From Bacillota bacterium (GTDB lineage: Bacteria > Bacillota > Clostridia > UBA1381 > UMGS1253): a stretch of DNA of 64,000 nt. Below, in pieces: positions 1-8,492 of this stretch. The stretch is from the NCBI GenBank assembly GCA_022706785.1, contig JAKJBW010000002.1, forward strand, positions 33,367-97,366, read 5' to 3'. How positions within the stretch are numbered: position 1 is the first letter of the stretch; every line of letters begins with the position of its first letter. Below the pieces are notes generated by a model. The model was not told the origin of the DNA. It ran no database searches and was given only the letters and a program-made list of their open reading frames with translations. Position numbers and translations under genes: made by a program.

Positions 1-173
1 TCCTGCTCCACAGCTACCAGCTGTGGCAGGATATGTTCATATTTTGTGGCCTTATTCTGAGGAGGCAGTATCATATGCCCTTCAATTTGTCCGATAATAG
101 TCAGACAGTGAATGCTGCCTTTGGCATTTGTTGTCGTGGTCGTGCCGGTATCTTCAATCTGTGAGATATCCAC
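1..173 (-). CDS. TepA/ClpP-fold serine protease-like protein, N-terminal part (gene continues past window start)
   Basis: The minus-strand translation from GTG at 173 reads [57 protein letters not shown]. This resembles the N-terminal region of TepA/YmfB-type Clp-fold proteins as I recall them. A GAGG sits 7 nt upstream. Confidence 0.5.
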   Translation of the reverse strand, partial: MDISQIEDTGTTTTTNAKGSIHCLTIIGQIEGHMILPPQNKATKYEHILPQLVAVEQ

Positions 174-298
174 CTTGTCGCCTCGCTTTGCTATAAGAGT
201 AACTGCTTTTGCTTAGTATCCTTTAAAGTCATAAAAATTATGTAAGGATCAAGCGGATTGGGATAAATGCAAGCAGGCGGCACCGTTTTTGACCTGTA

Positions 299-1084
299 TT
301 AGTCTATACTGGTAATATTTTTACTCTTTTGAAACTGACGTCCGGTATGGTCTATATAGTAATTATCTTTGTAAATCATTTCGGTCGCGGTAAGAAAGGT
401 GTAGCCTTCCTGTGTCAGCGTTTCCAAAACCGACGGGAGCGCTTTTGCAGTATTTTTTGTGCCGTTATGGAACAACACAATTGAGCCCGGCTTTGCCTTT
501 TTAGTGACGCGCTCGGTAATTTGGTCGGCCGTCAGATCCTTATAGTCAAGGCTGTCGACATTCCATTGAACAAATTGAAGCCCCATATCACGTATGGTAT
601 TTATCACGCTGTCGTTGTATTCACCATATGGCGCCCTGTAGAGCGGAACAGTTGTACCTGTGAGCGCTTCCAGCTTATTGGCGCATGCAGTGGTATCTGA
701 TTTTAATGCCTCCGGCGACAGCTTATTTGGATGCGGATGCCTGTCGGAGTGATTTGCAATCTCATGGCCTGCGTCATGCAGCGCTTTTACTGATACGGCG
801 CAGCGGTCCGCGAAATCGCCTGTGACGAAGAAAGTAGCCCGGACATTATATTTTTTCAGGATATTTATAATATCGGTAGTATCGGTGTCTTCCCAGGCCG
901 CGTCAAAGGTTATGCAAATCGTTTTACCCTCTCTCTCAACGGAGTAGACAGGCAGACTCTTGCCTGCCTGCGCAGAGGATACTATGCTTTTGTCGCTATT
1001 ATTTGTAAAGAGCAGTGTAACCAGGAGTACGCACATTAAGGCATAAAATATGAGCGTATTTTTTGTGAACACAACGATCCTCAT
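299..1084 (-). CDS. polysaccharide deacetylase (NodB homology domain), membrane anchored
   Basis: NodB-type motifs are present: TFDAAWEDTD, RATFFVTG, HSDRHPHP, LFHNG. There is an N-terminal TM segment. GGAGGG lies upstream of the ATG at 1084, so the ORF-track start at 1126 is probably too long. Confidence 0.85.
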   Translation of the reverse strand: MRIVVFTKNTLIFYALMCVLLVTLLFTNNSDKSIVSSAQAGKSLPVYSVEREGKTICITFDAAWEDTDTTDIINILKKYNVRATFFVTGDFADRCAVSVKALHDAGHEIANHSDRHPHPNKLSPEALKSDTTACANKLEALTGTTVPLYRAPYGEYNDSVINTIRDMGLQFVQWNVDSLDYKDLTADQITERVTKKAKPGSIVLFHNGTKNTAKALPSVLETLTQEGYTFLTATEMIYKDNYYIDHTGRQFQKSKNITSID

Positions 1085-1480
1085 TTTTTCCCTCCAATAA
1101 GCAGGAATTTTCTTTGCCGGTCCCATATCTCGCTTTTACGCTTGTATTGTATGTACTATTTATATATGAAGAAAAAAATGAGGATATGCGCATGCGCCGG
1201 TGAATGGAGCCAAGTGTTTTGTATTATTGGGCAATATCTTGTGATACGGTAAATTGCCGTGCTGGGCGCATGCCATGCCGGGGCCGCTAAAGCATTTTTA
1301 TTTGTGTAAAAACACTGTTACGGCAAGTCCGGTTTTGCATGGCGCAAAGCACATATGGCGATTTGTAAACATATTATGTAACGTATATATTGGCCGGAAG
1401 GGCCCGCCGTCCATAGCTGCCTTCATACCCGGTATGGCAGTAAAGCTTATTCTTAATCAGGAAAGGAAGCAGAATTTAAA

Positions 1481-1669
1481 ATGATGATAGTCGACAAATC
1501 AAATGAAGATGCGGGCATGATGCTGCCTGCGCCACGCGTGGGATACGCATATGTGCCGATGCAGATAATGGGCGAGACATATACACCCGAAAAGGCTCTG
1601 ATGCAGGGGACGATTTTTCCGGAGCTAGACTTGCCTATGGGTACTTATGGTAAACAGTATACGGATTGA
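1481..1669 (+). CDS. cotJA: spore coat-associated protein CotJA
   Basis: Small protein with the GYAYVPMQ...AL.QGTIFPELDLP signature typical of CotJA. It is the first gene of a cotJA-B-C arrangement. Confidence 0.75.
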   Translation: MMIVDKSNEDAGMMLPAPRVGYAYVPMQIMGETYTPEKALMQGTIFPELDLPMGTYGKQYTD

Positions 1670-1682
1670 GGGAGGAAGAAAG

Positions 1683-1958
1683 ATGGAAGTAAGCAGTGTA
1701 AATCCTGTTGTAAGCGAAAGAGAAAAAAAATTAAAGCAGGTTATGAGCTATTCTTTTGCCGCGCTTGATTTGGGCTTATATTTGAATACGCATCCCCATG
1801 ACAAAAAGGCCCTTGATATGTTTTCGGAGATTGTGAAAAAGACTCAAGAGGCAAGGGAAGCATTTGTTAAAGAATTCGGACCGCTCACGACATATGATTG
1901 CACCGGATCGGACAGATGGTGCTGGATTGACGATCCATGGCCGTGGGACGCACAATAG
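1683..1958 (+). CDS. cotJB: spore coat protein CotJB
   Basis: Contains LDLGLYLNTHPHD and a C-terminal WCWIDDPWPWD motif typical of CotJB. GAGGGAGGA RBS lies before the ATG at 1683. Confidence 0.8.
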   Translation: MEVSSVNPVVSEREKKLKQVMSYSFAALDLGLYLNTHPHDKKALDMFSEIVKKTQEAREAFVKEFGPLTTYDCTGSDRWCWIDDPWPWDAQ

Positions 1959-1975
1959 AAGGAGGAAGATAGTAT

Positions 1976-2162
1976 ATGTGGCAATACCAAAAATCGTTGC
2001 AGTTTCCAATCAACATAAAAAATCCAGACCCTAAGCTCGCAAGCTTTATTGTCAGCCAGTATGGTGGGCCGAACGGAGAAATGGGCGCGTCTATGCGCTA
2101 CTTATCGCAGCGCTTTTCTATGCCCGATGAAGTAGTGCGCGCTACGTTAAACGATATAGGTA
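1976..2162 (+). CDS. cotJC: CotJC (Mn-catalase family spore coat protein), 5' segment of a split gene
   Basis: MWQYQKSLQFPINIKNPDPKLASFIVSQYGGPNGEMGASMRYLSQRFSMPDEVVRATLNDIG is colinear with the CotJC N-terminus. After the GG at 2159-2160 the frame runs into 5 unrelated codons and a stop at 2179. The RBS is GAAGGAGGA. Confidence 0.9.
2151..2162 (+). repeat. attL core (ACGATATAGGTA)
   Basis: Exact 12-bp match to 14284..14295. Here it forms part of the perfect palindrome ACGATATA-GG-TATATCGT (2151..2168). Confidence 0.85.
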
Positions 2163-2331
2163 TATCGTGTCCGCAATGAGCCTCACACCCCGCAAGCCCT
2201 TTATTTTCAAGGGTTCCCAAAACCGCATTTTCGGGGGATACCTCGTGTTCCGGGTGAGCCGCACCTCCTGAAACGCCCATATCCCCTGGGTTTTCAGGTG
2301 TTTTCAGCTTTTTTTTGATTTCCTTCAGGTG

Positions 2332-3888
2332 CTAGGTGATAAACACCCATTTTGTGGGCAGCAGATTGAGGGCAACCTCAATGGTATCATCCGGGTAAAC
2401 GGTCATTTTGTTCAGCAGCAGCCCGTAGAAATCCTCCGAGGCTTTGTCCGCGCCGGTTAAAATGTTTTTGATTTTTTCCTTCACATCCTTTTTAATATCC
2501 TCACGGGAATAGACCAGCTTTTGCTTTTGTTTTGCGGCATCCATTTTGCCGGTTACCTCCTGAAGCTGAGCGTCGTATCTTTCGCACATCTGCCGCATCT
2601 CCTCCTTTGTAATCTGTTTTGAAAAGAACGCGTCCAGAACAGCAGCTTTCTTTTCTTTTAAATCCTCTGCCTCCTTTTCCAGCCGTGCCAGGCTCACTTG
2701 CTCCTGCCCCTCACTGCTGGCAATGACCTCGCTCACAATATTCGAAATATTGCCTATCATGACATCCCGGTCAAGCGGAAGACTGTCCACACTTTGTTTT
2801 AAAATGTTCATAGCGATCTCATCCCGAAGCTGCCTGCCCACATTGCAGCCGATTTCATTTCCCGCCTGATCCAGCTTCTTTGTGCCCTCGTAAGCCGCTG
2901 TCCCGCACCGCCAGCATTTGTATATACTGCCATCCCTTCGGGTTTTTTTTCGGGAAACAAAGGTGGCGCTGCACTCGCTGCACTTGATTTTTCCCGATAA
3001 AGGATAGCGGTTGCCGTGCCCTTCCTTCACCTTGCTGTCCACATCCCGCCGCTTCAGTTCACGCTGCGCTTCGTCCCACAGTTCGCGGCTGATGATGGGC
3101 TCATGATGATCCTTAATAAAAACAAACGGTTCCTCACCCTTATTATATTTCTTTTCATGATCCAGATAGTTTGGGGTGTAGGTTTTTTTTTGACACAGGT
3201 CGCCGCAGTATTTTTCATTGCGCAGTATTTTTAATATGACGGTGTTTGTCCATTTGTAATTGCCCGTAAGGGTTTTATACCCAGCCTCGCGCAGCTCCCG
3301 GGCAATCACGGACGTTCCCTTGCGCTGCATCACATACTTTTGATAAATCAGCCTGACAATTTGCGCACCTTCCGGATTGACTGTCATTTTACCGCCATTC
3401 ACGTCATAGCCCAGCATGGAACGCCCGAATACCACACCTTTTTCCATCTGCCTCGTTTGCCCCCATTTCACACGCTGGCTGGTTGCCCGGCTTTCATCCT
3501 GCGCAATGGTGGATTTGATTGACAGAAACAGCTCCGATTCTTCCTTAAGTGTGTTCAGGTTGTCATTTAAGAAAAAGACCCCAACGCCAAGCTTTTTCAG
3601 TTCCCGTGTGTAAGTGATGCTATCGGCCGTATTACGGGCAAAGCGGGAAATTTCCTTTGTGATAATCAAATCGAACCGCCCCAGGTGTGCGTCCGCAATC
3701 ATGCGGTTGAACCCGGCACGTTTTTTGGTGGATGTACCCGACTTTCCCTCGTCGGCGTAGATGTCATAAAGTTCCCAGTCTGGCTGGCGTTCTATGTACG
3801 CCTTAAAATACCACCCCTGACTCTCAAATGAATTTGCCTGATCCTCCTTGTCGGTTGAAACACGGCAATATACCGCTACCTTTAACAT
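2332..3888 (-). CDS. large serine recombinase (resolvase N-domain, recombinase domain, zinc ribbon, coiled coil)
   Basis: The N-terminus MLKVAVYCRVSTDKEDQANSFESQ carries the catalytic-Ser motif. Also present are YADEGKSG, ITKEISRFARN and the Cys cluster CSEC...CWRCG. Size is ~518 aa. AAAGGAGGA RBS precedes the ATG at 3888. Confidence 0.9.
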   Translation of the reverse strand: MLKVAVYCRVSTDKEDQANSFESQGWYFKAYIERQPDWELYDIYADEGKSGTSTKKRAGFNRMIADAHLGRFDLIITKEISRFARNTADSITYTRELKKLGVGVFFLNDNLNTLKEESELFLSIKSTIAQDESRATSQRVKWGQTRQMEKGVVFGRSMLGYDVNGGKMTVNPEGAQIVRLIYQKYVMQRKGTSVIARELREAGYKTLTGNYKWTNTVILKILRNEKYCGDLCQKKTYTPNYLDHEKKYNKGEEPFVFIKDHHEPIISRELWDEAQRELKRRDVDSKVKEGHGNRYPLSGKIKCSECSATFVSRKKTRRDGSIYKCWRCGTAAYEGTKKLDQAGNEIGCNVGRQLRDEIAMNILKQSVDSLPLDRDVMIGNISNIVSEVIASSEGQEQVSLARLEKEAEDLKEKKAAVLDAFFSKQITKEEMRQMCERYDAQLQEVTGKMDAAKQKQKLVYSREDIKKDVKEKIKNILTGADKASEDFYGLLLNKMTVYPDDTIEVALNLLPTKWVFIT

Positions 3889-4022
3889 ATGGATTTCCTC
3901 CTTTCCTCTGGAATTGAACACTGCTTAAAACGAATTACGAATGTGCGGATTGTACTTCTACAAAGGTTGTGTTATTATTAAACGGTATCATAACACTAAA
4001 AGTTTTATATGGAGGCGGAAAT

Positions 4023-4463
4023 ATGAAACGAATTACGCTACATTGCCGGCATACATATAAGCAGGATTTGGAAATATTAAAGCTTCTACATGATGAATGG
4101 AAATACCGCCTTTCTAATTTTTGGTCGCTTATGATAAAAACCATAATAATAAGTTTTATTTTAATTTTCATGCCGTTAATGTATGAGTATTGGGGTGTTA
4201 ATTTTGTTGTAATTGAGGTTCCGCTATACATACTTCCATTAACAGGATTGATTTTTTCAATAGTTATTTGTTTTTTTACATCTATAGAAATCATAAAGAT
4301 AAACAGCATTAAAACAAGTATTAGAAGATCAATAATGGAAATTTCTCCAGGATTCAAGGTGGCTTTTACCAAAAGAAATATATTGCATCAAAATATTCCA
4401 ATAGTGATCTGTATCTTTCAAGTAGTTTTGTCAACAATTATGATAATATTAATAGCGAAATAA
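4023..4463 (+). CDS. hypothetical integral membrane protein
   Basis: GGAGGCGG RBS lies before the ATG at 4023. There are several hydrophobic spans, the region is AT-rich, and I recognise no family. Confidence 0.5.
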   Translation: MKRITLHCRHTYKQDLEILKLLHDEWKYRLSNFWSLMIKTIIISFILIFMPLMYEYWGVNFVVIEVPLYILPLTGLIFSIVICFFTSIEIIKINSIKTSIRRSIMEISPGFKVAFTKRNILHQNIPIVICIFQVVLSTIMIILIAK

Positions 4464-4509
4464 TATATTTATGATTAAAAATATTTCATAACGAAAAAGT
4501 GATTTTATA

Positions 4510-4692
4510 CTATTTAATCTGCCGTGCCAGTTTTTCAATACATTGCTGACATTGAGTACCACTGATCATTTCTTGCTCCGAAAGTATAAGCAGAATGTTT
4601 TTCTGATATTCAAAGAAAAACTCCGTCTGAGAATTTTTATCAATACTGACCGCATTTTCTACTCTGATAAGCCTTGCAGTTTTTTCATCCAT
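4510..4692 (-). CDS. small hypothetical protein (60 aa)
   Basis: GGGAGG sits 8 nt upstream of the ATG at 4692 (MDEKTARLIRVENAV...). I recognise no family. Confidence 0.45.
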   Translation of the reverse strand: MDEKTARLIRVENAVSIDKNSQTEFFFEYQKNILLILSEQEMISGTQCQQCIEKLARQIK

Positions 4693-5069
4693 TCTGCTCA
4701 CCTCCCATTTTCATGTGTATTCCCGCACAGCCCCACTTTTGCATGTCCGAGGAATATCGGGAATAGCCTTTTCATGTTTGCCGTGTTCCCGGATGCAATT
4801 CCTGGCGTTTGCCTTGCTTGACATAACGCCGTATTGCCGCTCTTGGCACGCTTCTGTGAGTTTGTATCCCGTCGGCACATGAAGCACAATGTCTATCCAT
4901 CATCTTCCTTTATTCATTATCACCGTTGAGAACATCTATTTCGGCAGCTTTTCAGGATTTTGAAAAATTAAAAAATCGTGCGATCGCACGATTTTTATGT
5001 TGATTTATGGTTGGTTGTACAGTATAATATTTCTAACTATTTCCAACGAAATTTTCAGAGGTGCTCAAT

Positions 5070-5288
5070 ATGACTGCGAGTTATAAAAAATTGTTTAAAA
5101 TGCTGATTGATCTGGATATGAAAAAGAAAAACCTTTGTGAAAAGGCCGGAATCAGTATCGCTTCCATTACCAAAATAGGTCGCGGCGGCACGGTTACAAC
5201 CGATATTTTAATTAAAATCTGTACGGCTCTGGACTGCACTGTGGATGATATTATGGACATCGTGCCTGATAAGGAAACGTCATGTTAA
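5070..5288 (+). CDS. XRE/Cro-CI family helix-turn-helix protein
   Basis: KKKNLCEKAGISIASITKIGRGGTVTTDILIKICTALDCTVDDI is a typical short HTH_XRE protein. Confidence 0.75.
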   Translation: MTASYKKLFKMLIDLDMKKKNLCEKAGISIASITKIGRGGTVTTDILIKICTALDCTVDDIMDIVPDKETSC

Positions 5289-5342
5289 ATTGCGTATTTT
5301 ATCTGGTAAATAATCAAAGAATGAAAAGGAAAGGTGAAGAAT

Positions 5343-6077
5343 ATGCCTAACCATTATTCCGATATAGGTTTTGAAATAAAAAGTTCTGACGATTTGAATA
5401 GAATTATTGGTCAGTTAATGCCAATAGGCAAAGTGATAAGAAAAGGATTCTGCAAGTACTGGCTTATCACGGTTGACACACATATTGAGTTTTGGCAGCA
5501 CATGAAATCAAAAAATACATTTGATTCATTTGAAATGCACTATAATAGTCAAAACCTAATACCCGTTCGATTTGATCATTGGGTCAATCGTTCAGCAGAT
5601 AAGTCAAATGGTTCTGCTTATGTTTGGTATCATTTCGATGGAGATTTATTCCCGTTTGTGGTAGATATTCCGGATGCAGGTTTTTATAAAAAAGTAAAAG
5701 AGAATCAAATTTTAAACTTACAAGTATCTTGCTTTGCTGAGAAGCTAGAACTTTTCAAAACAGATACTGATTATGAAGCTTCACAAACGAATGAATCAAA
5801 ATTTGCGACAGAGTTTTTTATTCCTACCGGAACCTTTTCTCCAGATGACAATGAAAAAGAGCCAACAGCTTATTCATGGTTTGCTGGTCATATCCTGTCC
5901 TTCGAAAAAAGGACAAACAGTGTGTGCAAAAAAGAATACTATCACTTTGGTGTAACCTGCCAGGAGGCTCTATTTGATATTGTTGCTGATAGCGAGTTAG
6001 TTACAGAAGTGCCTGTCATCGGCGGGATACTAAAAACTTCATGCTGGATGAGCGGCAAAGTGAAGGAAGTTAAGTGA
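5343..6077 (+). CDS. hypothetical protein
   Basis: Long ORF with an RBS-like AGGAAAGG. I recognise no family. Its stop overlaps the next start (TGATG). Confidence 0.55.
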   Translation: MPNHYSDIGFEIKSSDDLNRIIGQLMPIGKVIRKGFCKYWLITVDTHIEFWQHMKSKNTFDSFEMHYNSQNLIPVRFDHWVNRSADKSNGSAYVWYHFDGDLFPFVVDIPDAGFYKKVKENQILNLQVSCFAEKLELFKTDTDYEASQTNESKFATEFFIPTGTFSPDDNEKEPTAYSWFAGHILSFEKRTNSVCKKEYYHFGVTCQEALFDIVADSELVTEVPVIGGILKTSCWMSGKVKEVK

Positions 6078-6382
6078 TGGATTTGCTAATTATGAATCGC
6101 GATGATATCGCCGCCCGTTGGGAAAACGGGTGTTTGACCGTCATAAGAGAAAGCAAATTGCCGCTTTATTTTGCCAAAACGCAAAATGTGGAGCACTGGC
6201 TTGAAACCCGTGCCATTGATTATCACCGGGCAAACTCACGACTCTTAAAAAAAACGCTCCGACTACCGATAACCATTGTTACTGAAGAGATTATAATAGG
6301 CGTTTTAAAAAAGCTGAATATGAAGATCAAATCCAAGGTAATTGTGGACTTTATACTGAACGGATATAAACAAATAGGTTAA
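6077..6382 (+). CDS. hypothetical protein (translationally coupled to the preceding ORF)
   Basis: The ATG at 6077 shares its A with the upstream TGA. I can confidently assign no family. Confidence 0.45.
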   Translation: MDLLIMNRDDIAARWENGCLTVIRESKLPLYFAKTQNVEHWLETRAIDYHRANSRLLKKTLRLPITIVTEEIIIGVLKKLNMKIKSKVIVDFILNGYKQIG

Positions 6383-6402
6383 TTTTTTATAGAAGGTGTG
6401 AA

Positions 6403-6678
6403 ATGATAACACTTACAGTAAAAATAACGTTATATGCTCCGCAGTGTCATTCCTTAAAAGAAAAGCGGATGATACTCCAGCGTATTATTTCGCGGGTAAA
6501 AAACAAATTCAATGTATCCATTGCCGAGGTTGCTTTGCAGGATGTTCACCAAACCGTTGTGCTGGGCATTGCCGTTGTTTCGAGCAGTCACACTCACGCT
6601 CAAAATGTGTTGGATGAAGTGCTGAGGTTTATTGAAAATAATACGGATGCGGACGTTACAAATGTAGAGTTTGAATAG
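6403..6678 (+). CDS. DUF503 (YlxP-like) protein
   Basis: ~91 aa with the SLKEKR...KFNVSIAEV..QD.HQ..VLGIAVVS pattern characteristic of DUF503. Confidence 0.6.
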   Translation: MITLTVKITLYAPQCHSLKEKRMILQRIISRVKNKFNVSIAEVALQDVHQTVVLGIAVVSSSHTHAQNVLDEVLRFIENNTDADVTNVEFE

Positions 6679-6720
6679 TATATAAGCTATCAAACTTAAA
6701 ATGCAAAGGAGTGGCAGTGA

Positions 6721-7179
6721 ATGAAATATGGTGGCGTACTGCTTGCGGCGACTGATATGGAGCGTTCCAAGCGCTTTTATCATGACGTGTTGGGGCTTGA
6801 GGTAATCGAAGATTTCGGTGCAAACGTAGTACTGACCGGGAATATTGCTTTGCAGACCAAAAAAACATGGGAAAGCTTCATTTGCGGAAAGCCCGTTGCT
6901 TTTGCCACCCATGCCTTTGAATTATATTTTGAAGAAGATGATATAGATGGCTTTATGAAAAAGCTGGATAGCATACCGGATATCAAATTTGTTCATTCTC
7001 TGATTGAACACGCCTGGGGCCAGCGTGTTGTGCGGTTTTATGATCCCGATCGTCATATTATAGAGGTTGGTGAAAATATGGATATGGTCGTAAAAAGGTT
7101 TCTCAAAAGCGGGCTTTCCGTTGAAGAAACCGCCAAACGGATGGATGTATCGGTGGAATACGTACAGGCTAAAGCATAG
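6721..7179 (+). CDS. VOC/glyoxalase-bleomycin resistance family protein
   Basis: MERSKRFYHDVLGLEV...FELYFEEDDID...WGQRVVRFYDPDRHIIEVGE is typical of the VOC fold. RBS is AAAGGAG. Confidence 0.75.
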   Translation: MKYGGVLLAATDMERSKRFYHDVLGLEVIEDFGANVVLTGNIALQTKKTWESFICGKPVAFATHAFELYFEEDDIDGFMKKLDSIPDIKFVHSLIEHAWGQRVVRFYDPDRHIIEVGENMDMVVKRFLKSGLSVEETAKRMDVSVEYVQAKA

Positions 7180-7193
7180 AAGGAGGGAACCTT

Positions 7194-7892
7194 ATGACAC
7201 TGTATGAAACAATTTTCAAAAGACGCTCTGTCAGAAAATACGATATGACGCCGCTGGACGAAAAAACACTGGATGATATCCGCGAGTTTATCACAAATAC
7301 CAGGCAGCTACCTGAACAAAACGTGCGCTTTGAAATAGTATCGGGGGACAAAGTAAAGGGCGCTGCCGCGCCGCATTATATTATGAGCTTTTGCTCCCCC
7401 GGCGACGCGGAATATGCGAATGTGGGCTATATACTGGAAAAAGCCGATTTATATATTCAAAGCCTGGGCCTGGGCAGCTTATGGCTTGGTATGGGCAATC
7501 CAAAAGAGAAGGAAGACGATTTTTGTATCATGCTTGCATTCGGAAAAAGCGACGTGCCCTTCAGAGCAGGTGAGCAGGAGTTTAACCGCCTGCCTGTCAA
7601 CGAAATCAGCAATTCAGACAGCGAACTGGCACAGGCGGCGCGTCTGGCTCCGTCGGCGTGCAACTCCCAGCCCTGGAAGCTGTTTTTTGCGGATGGCCGT
7701 GTAACTGTGCGCTATTTTGGACGCGGGCTTATGAAAATGATATTAAAATCCAAAATGAATAAAATTGATATCGGCATTATGACACGCCATGTTGTTACCG
7801 CTCTTGAAAACGAGGGCAAGCAAATCAAATCCATCACACCCAAAACATCCGGTAAGGATTTTGAAATTGAAATTAGTTATGAAAAGGGATAA
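7194..7892 (+). CDS. nitroreductase family protein
   Basis: The N-terminal RRSVRKY motif and APSACNSQPW are typical of the nitroreductase superfamily. Confidence 0.7.
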   Translation: MTLYETIFKRRSVRKYDMTPLDEKTLDDIREFITNTRQLPEQNVRFEIVSGDKVKGAAAPHYIMSFCSPGDAEYANVGYILEKADLYIQSLGLGSLWLGMGNPKEKEDDFCIMLAFGKSDVPFRAGEQEFNRLPVNEISNSDSELAQAARLAPSACNSQPWKLFFADGRVTVRYFGRGLMKMILKSKMNKIDIGIMTRHVVTALENEGKQIKSITPKTSGKDFEIEISYEKG

Positions 7893-7909
7893 ACAAGGGA
7901 GCAGATGAC

Positions 7910-8473
7910 ATGAATGAAACGTTAAACGTAATTGCTAAGCGGTATTCCTGCCGTGATTTTAAAAGCGAGATGCCATCCGATGAGCAGCTTTGGGCAATTG
8001 CCGAAGCCGCCATACAGGCGCCCAGCGGGATGAATCGTCAGGCATGGCGGGTGATCGTTGTAAAAGACAAAATGCTGATGCAGGACATGGAATCCGAAGG
8101 GATGTCTTATCTTGCAAGTATGGAGGACAAGTCCTCTTACAACAGGATCATGGCGCGCGGCGGCAGGCTGTTCTACGGCGCGCCCTGTATAATTGTCGTT
8201 CCGATTGACCCGACGCAATACGGCCCCGCGCTGATTGACTGAGGTATTTTATGCCAGAATATCACACTGGCCGCAACCTCGCTGGGAATCGCCAACATTA
8301 TGTGCGGATTTGCCGGCCTGGCCTTCGCCAGCGGCCTTCGGGCAGAAGAATTCAGCAAACGGTTGGGCTTCCCTGACGGTTATGCCTTTGGCTGTTCGGT
8401 ATTATTGGGATACGCAAACACCATAAAACCGCCCCATGAGCCGGACAGGGATAAAATTTCGTTCATAGGCTGA
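7910..8473 (+). pseudogene. nitroreductase family gene with an in-frame TGA at 8240..8242
   Basis: RYSCRDF and QAPSGMNRQAWR lie upstream of the stop. The same frame continues after the TGA as GILCQNITLAATSLGIANIMCGF...GYANTIKPPHEPDRDKISFIG, giving a normal-length (187 codon) nitroreductase. Confidence 0.6.
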
Positions 8474-8492
8474 TGGGAACAGGAGAAGGCTT

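Noticed and set aside
1254-1484. A 76-aa ORF upstream of cotJA, and a possible sigma-E promoter there.
   Set aside because: The ORF has no RBS and an implausible sequence. Sigma-E-like elements (ATATT ... CATA) are present, but their spacing did not fit the consensus well enough to call.
4698-4889. A 63-aa minus-strand ORF upstream of the small 60-aa gene.
   Set aside because: All three frames are open for 40-60 codons here without convincing starts. The region is treated as an unresolved or decayed coding remnant rather than a gene.
8240-8300. Selenocysteine decoding of the in-frame TGA in the nitroreductase gene.
   Set aside because: The only downstream hairpin is a 5-bp stem with a 9-nt loop and lacks the features of known bacterial SECIS elements. 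I know of no Sec-containing nitroreductases. A nonsense mutation is more parsimonious. The alternative is still listed as testable.
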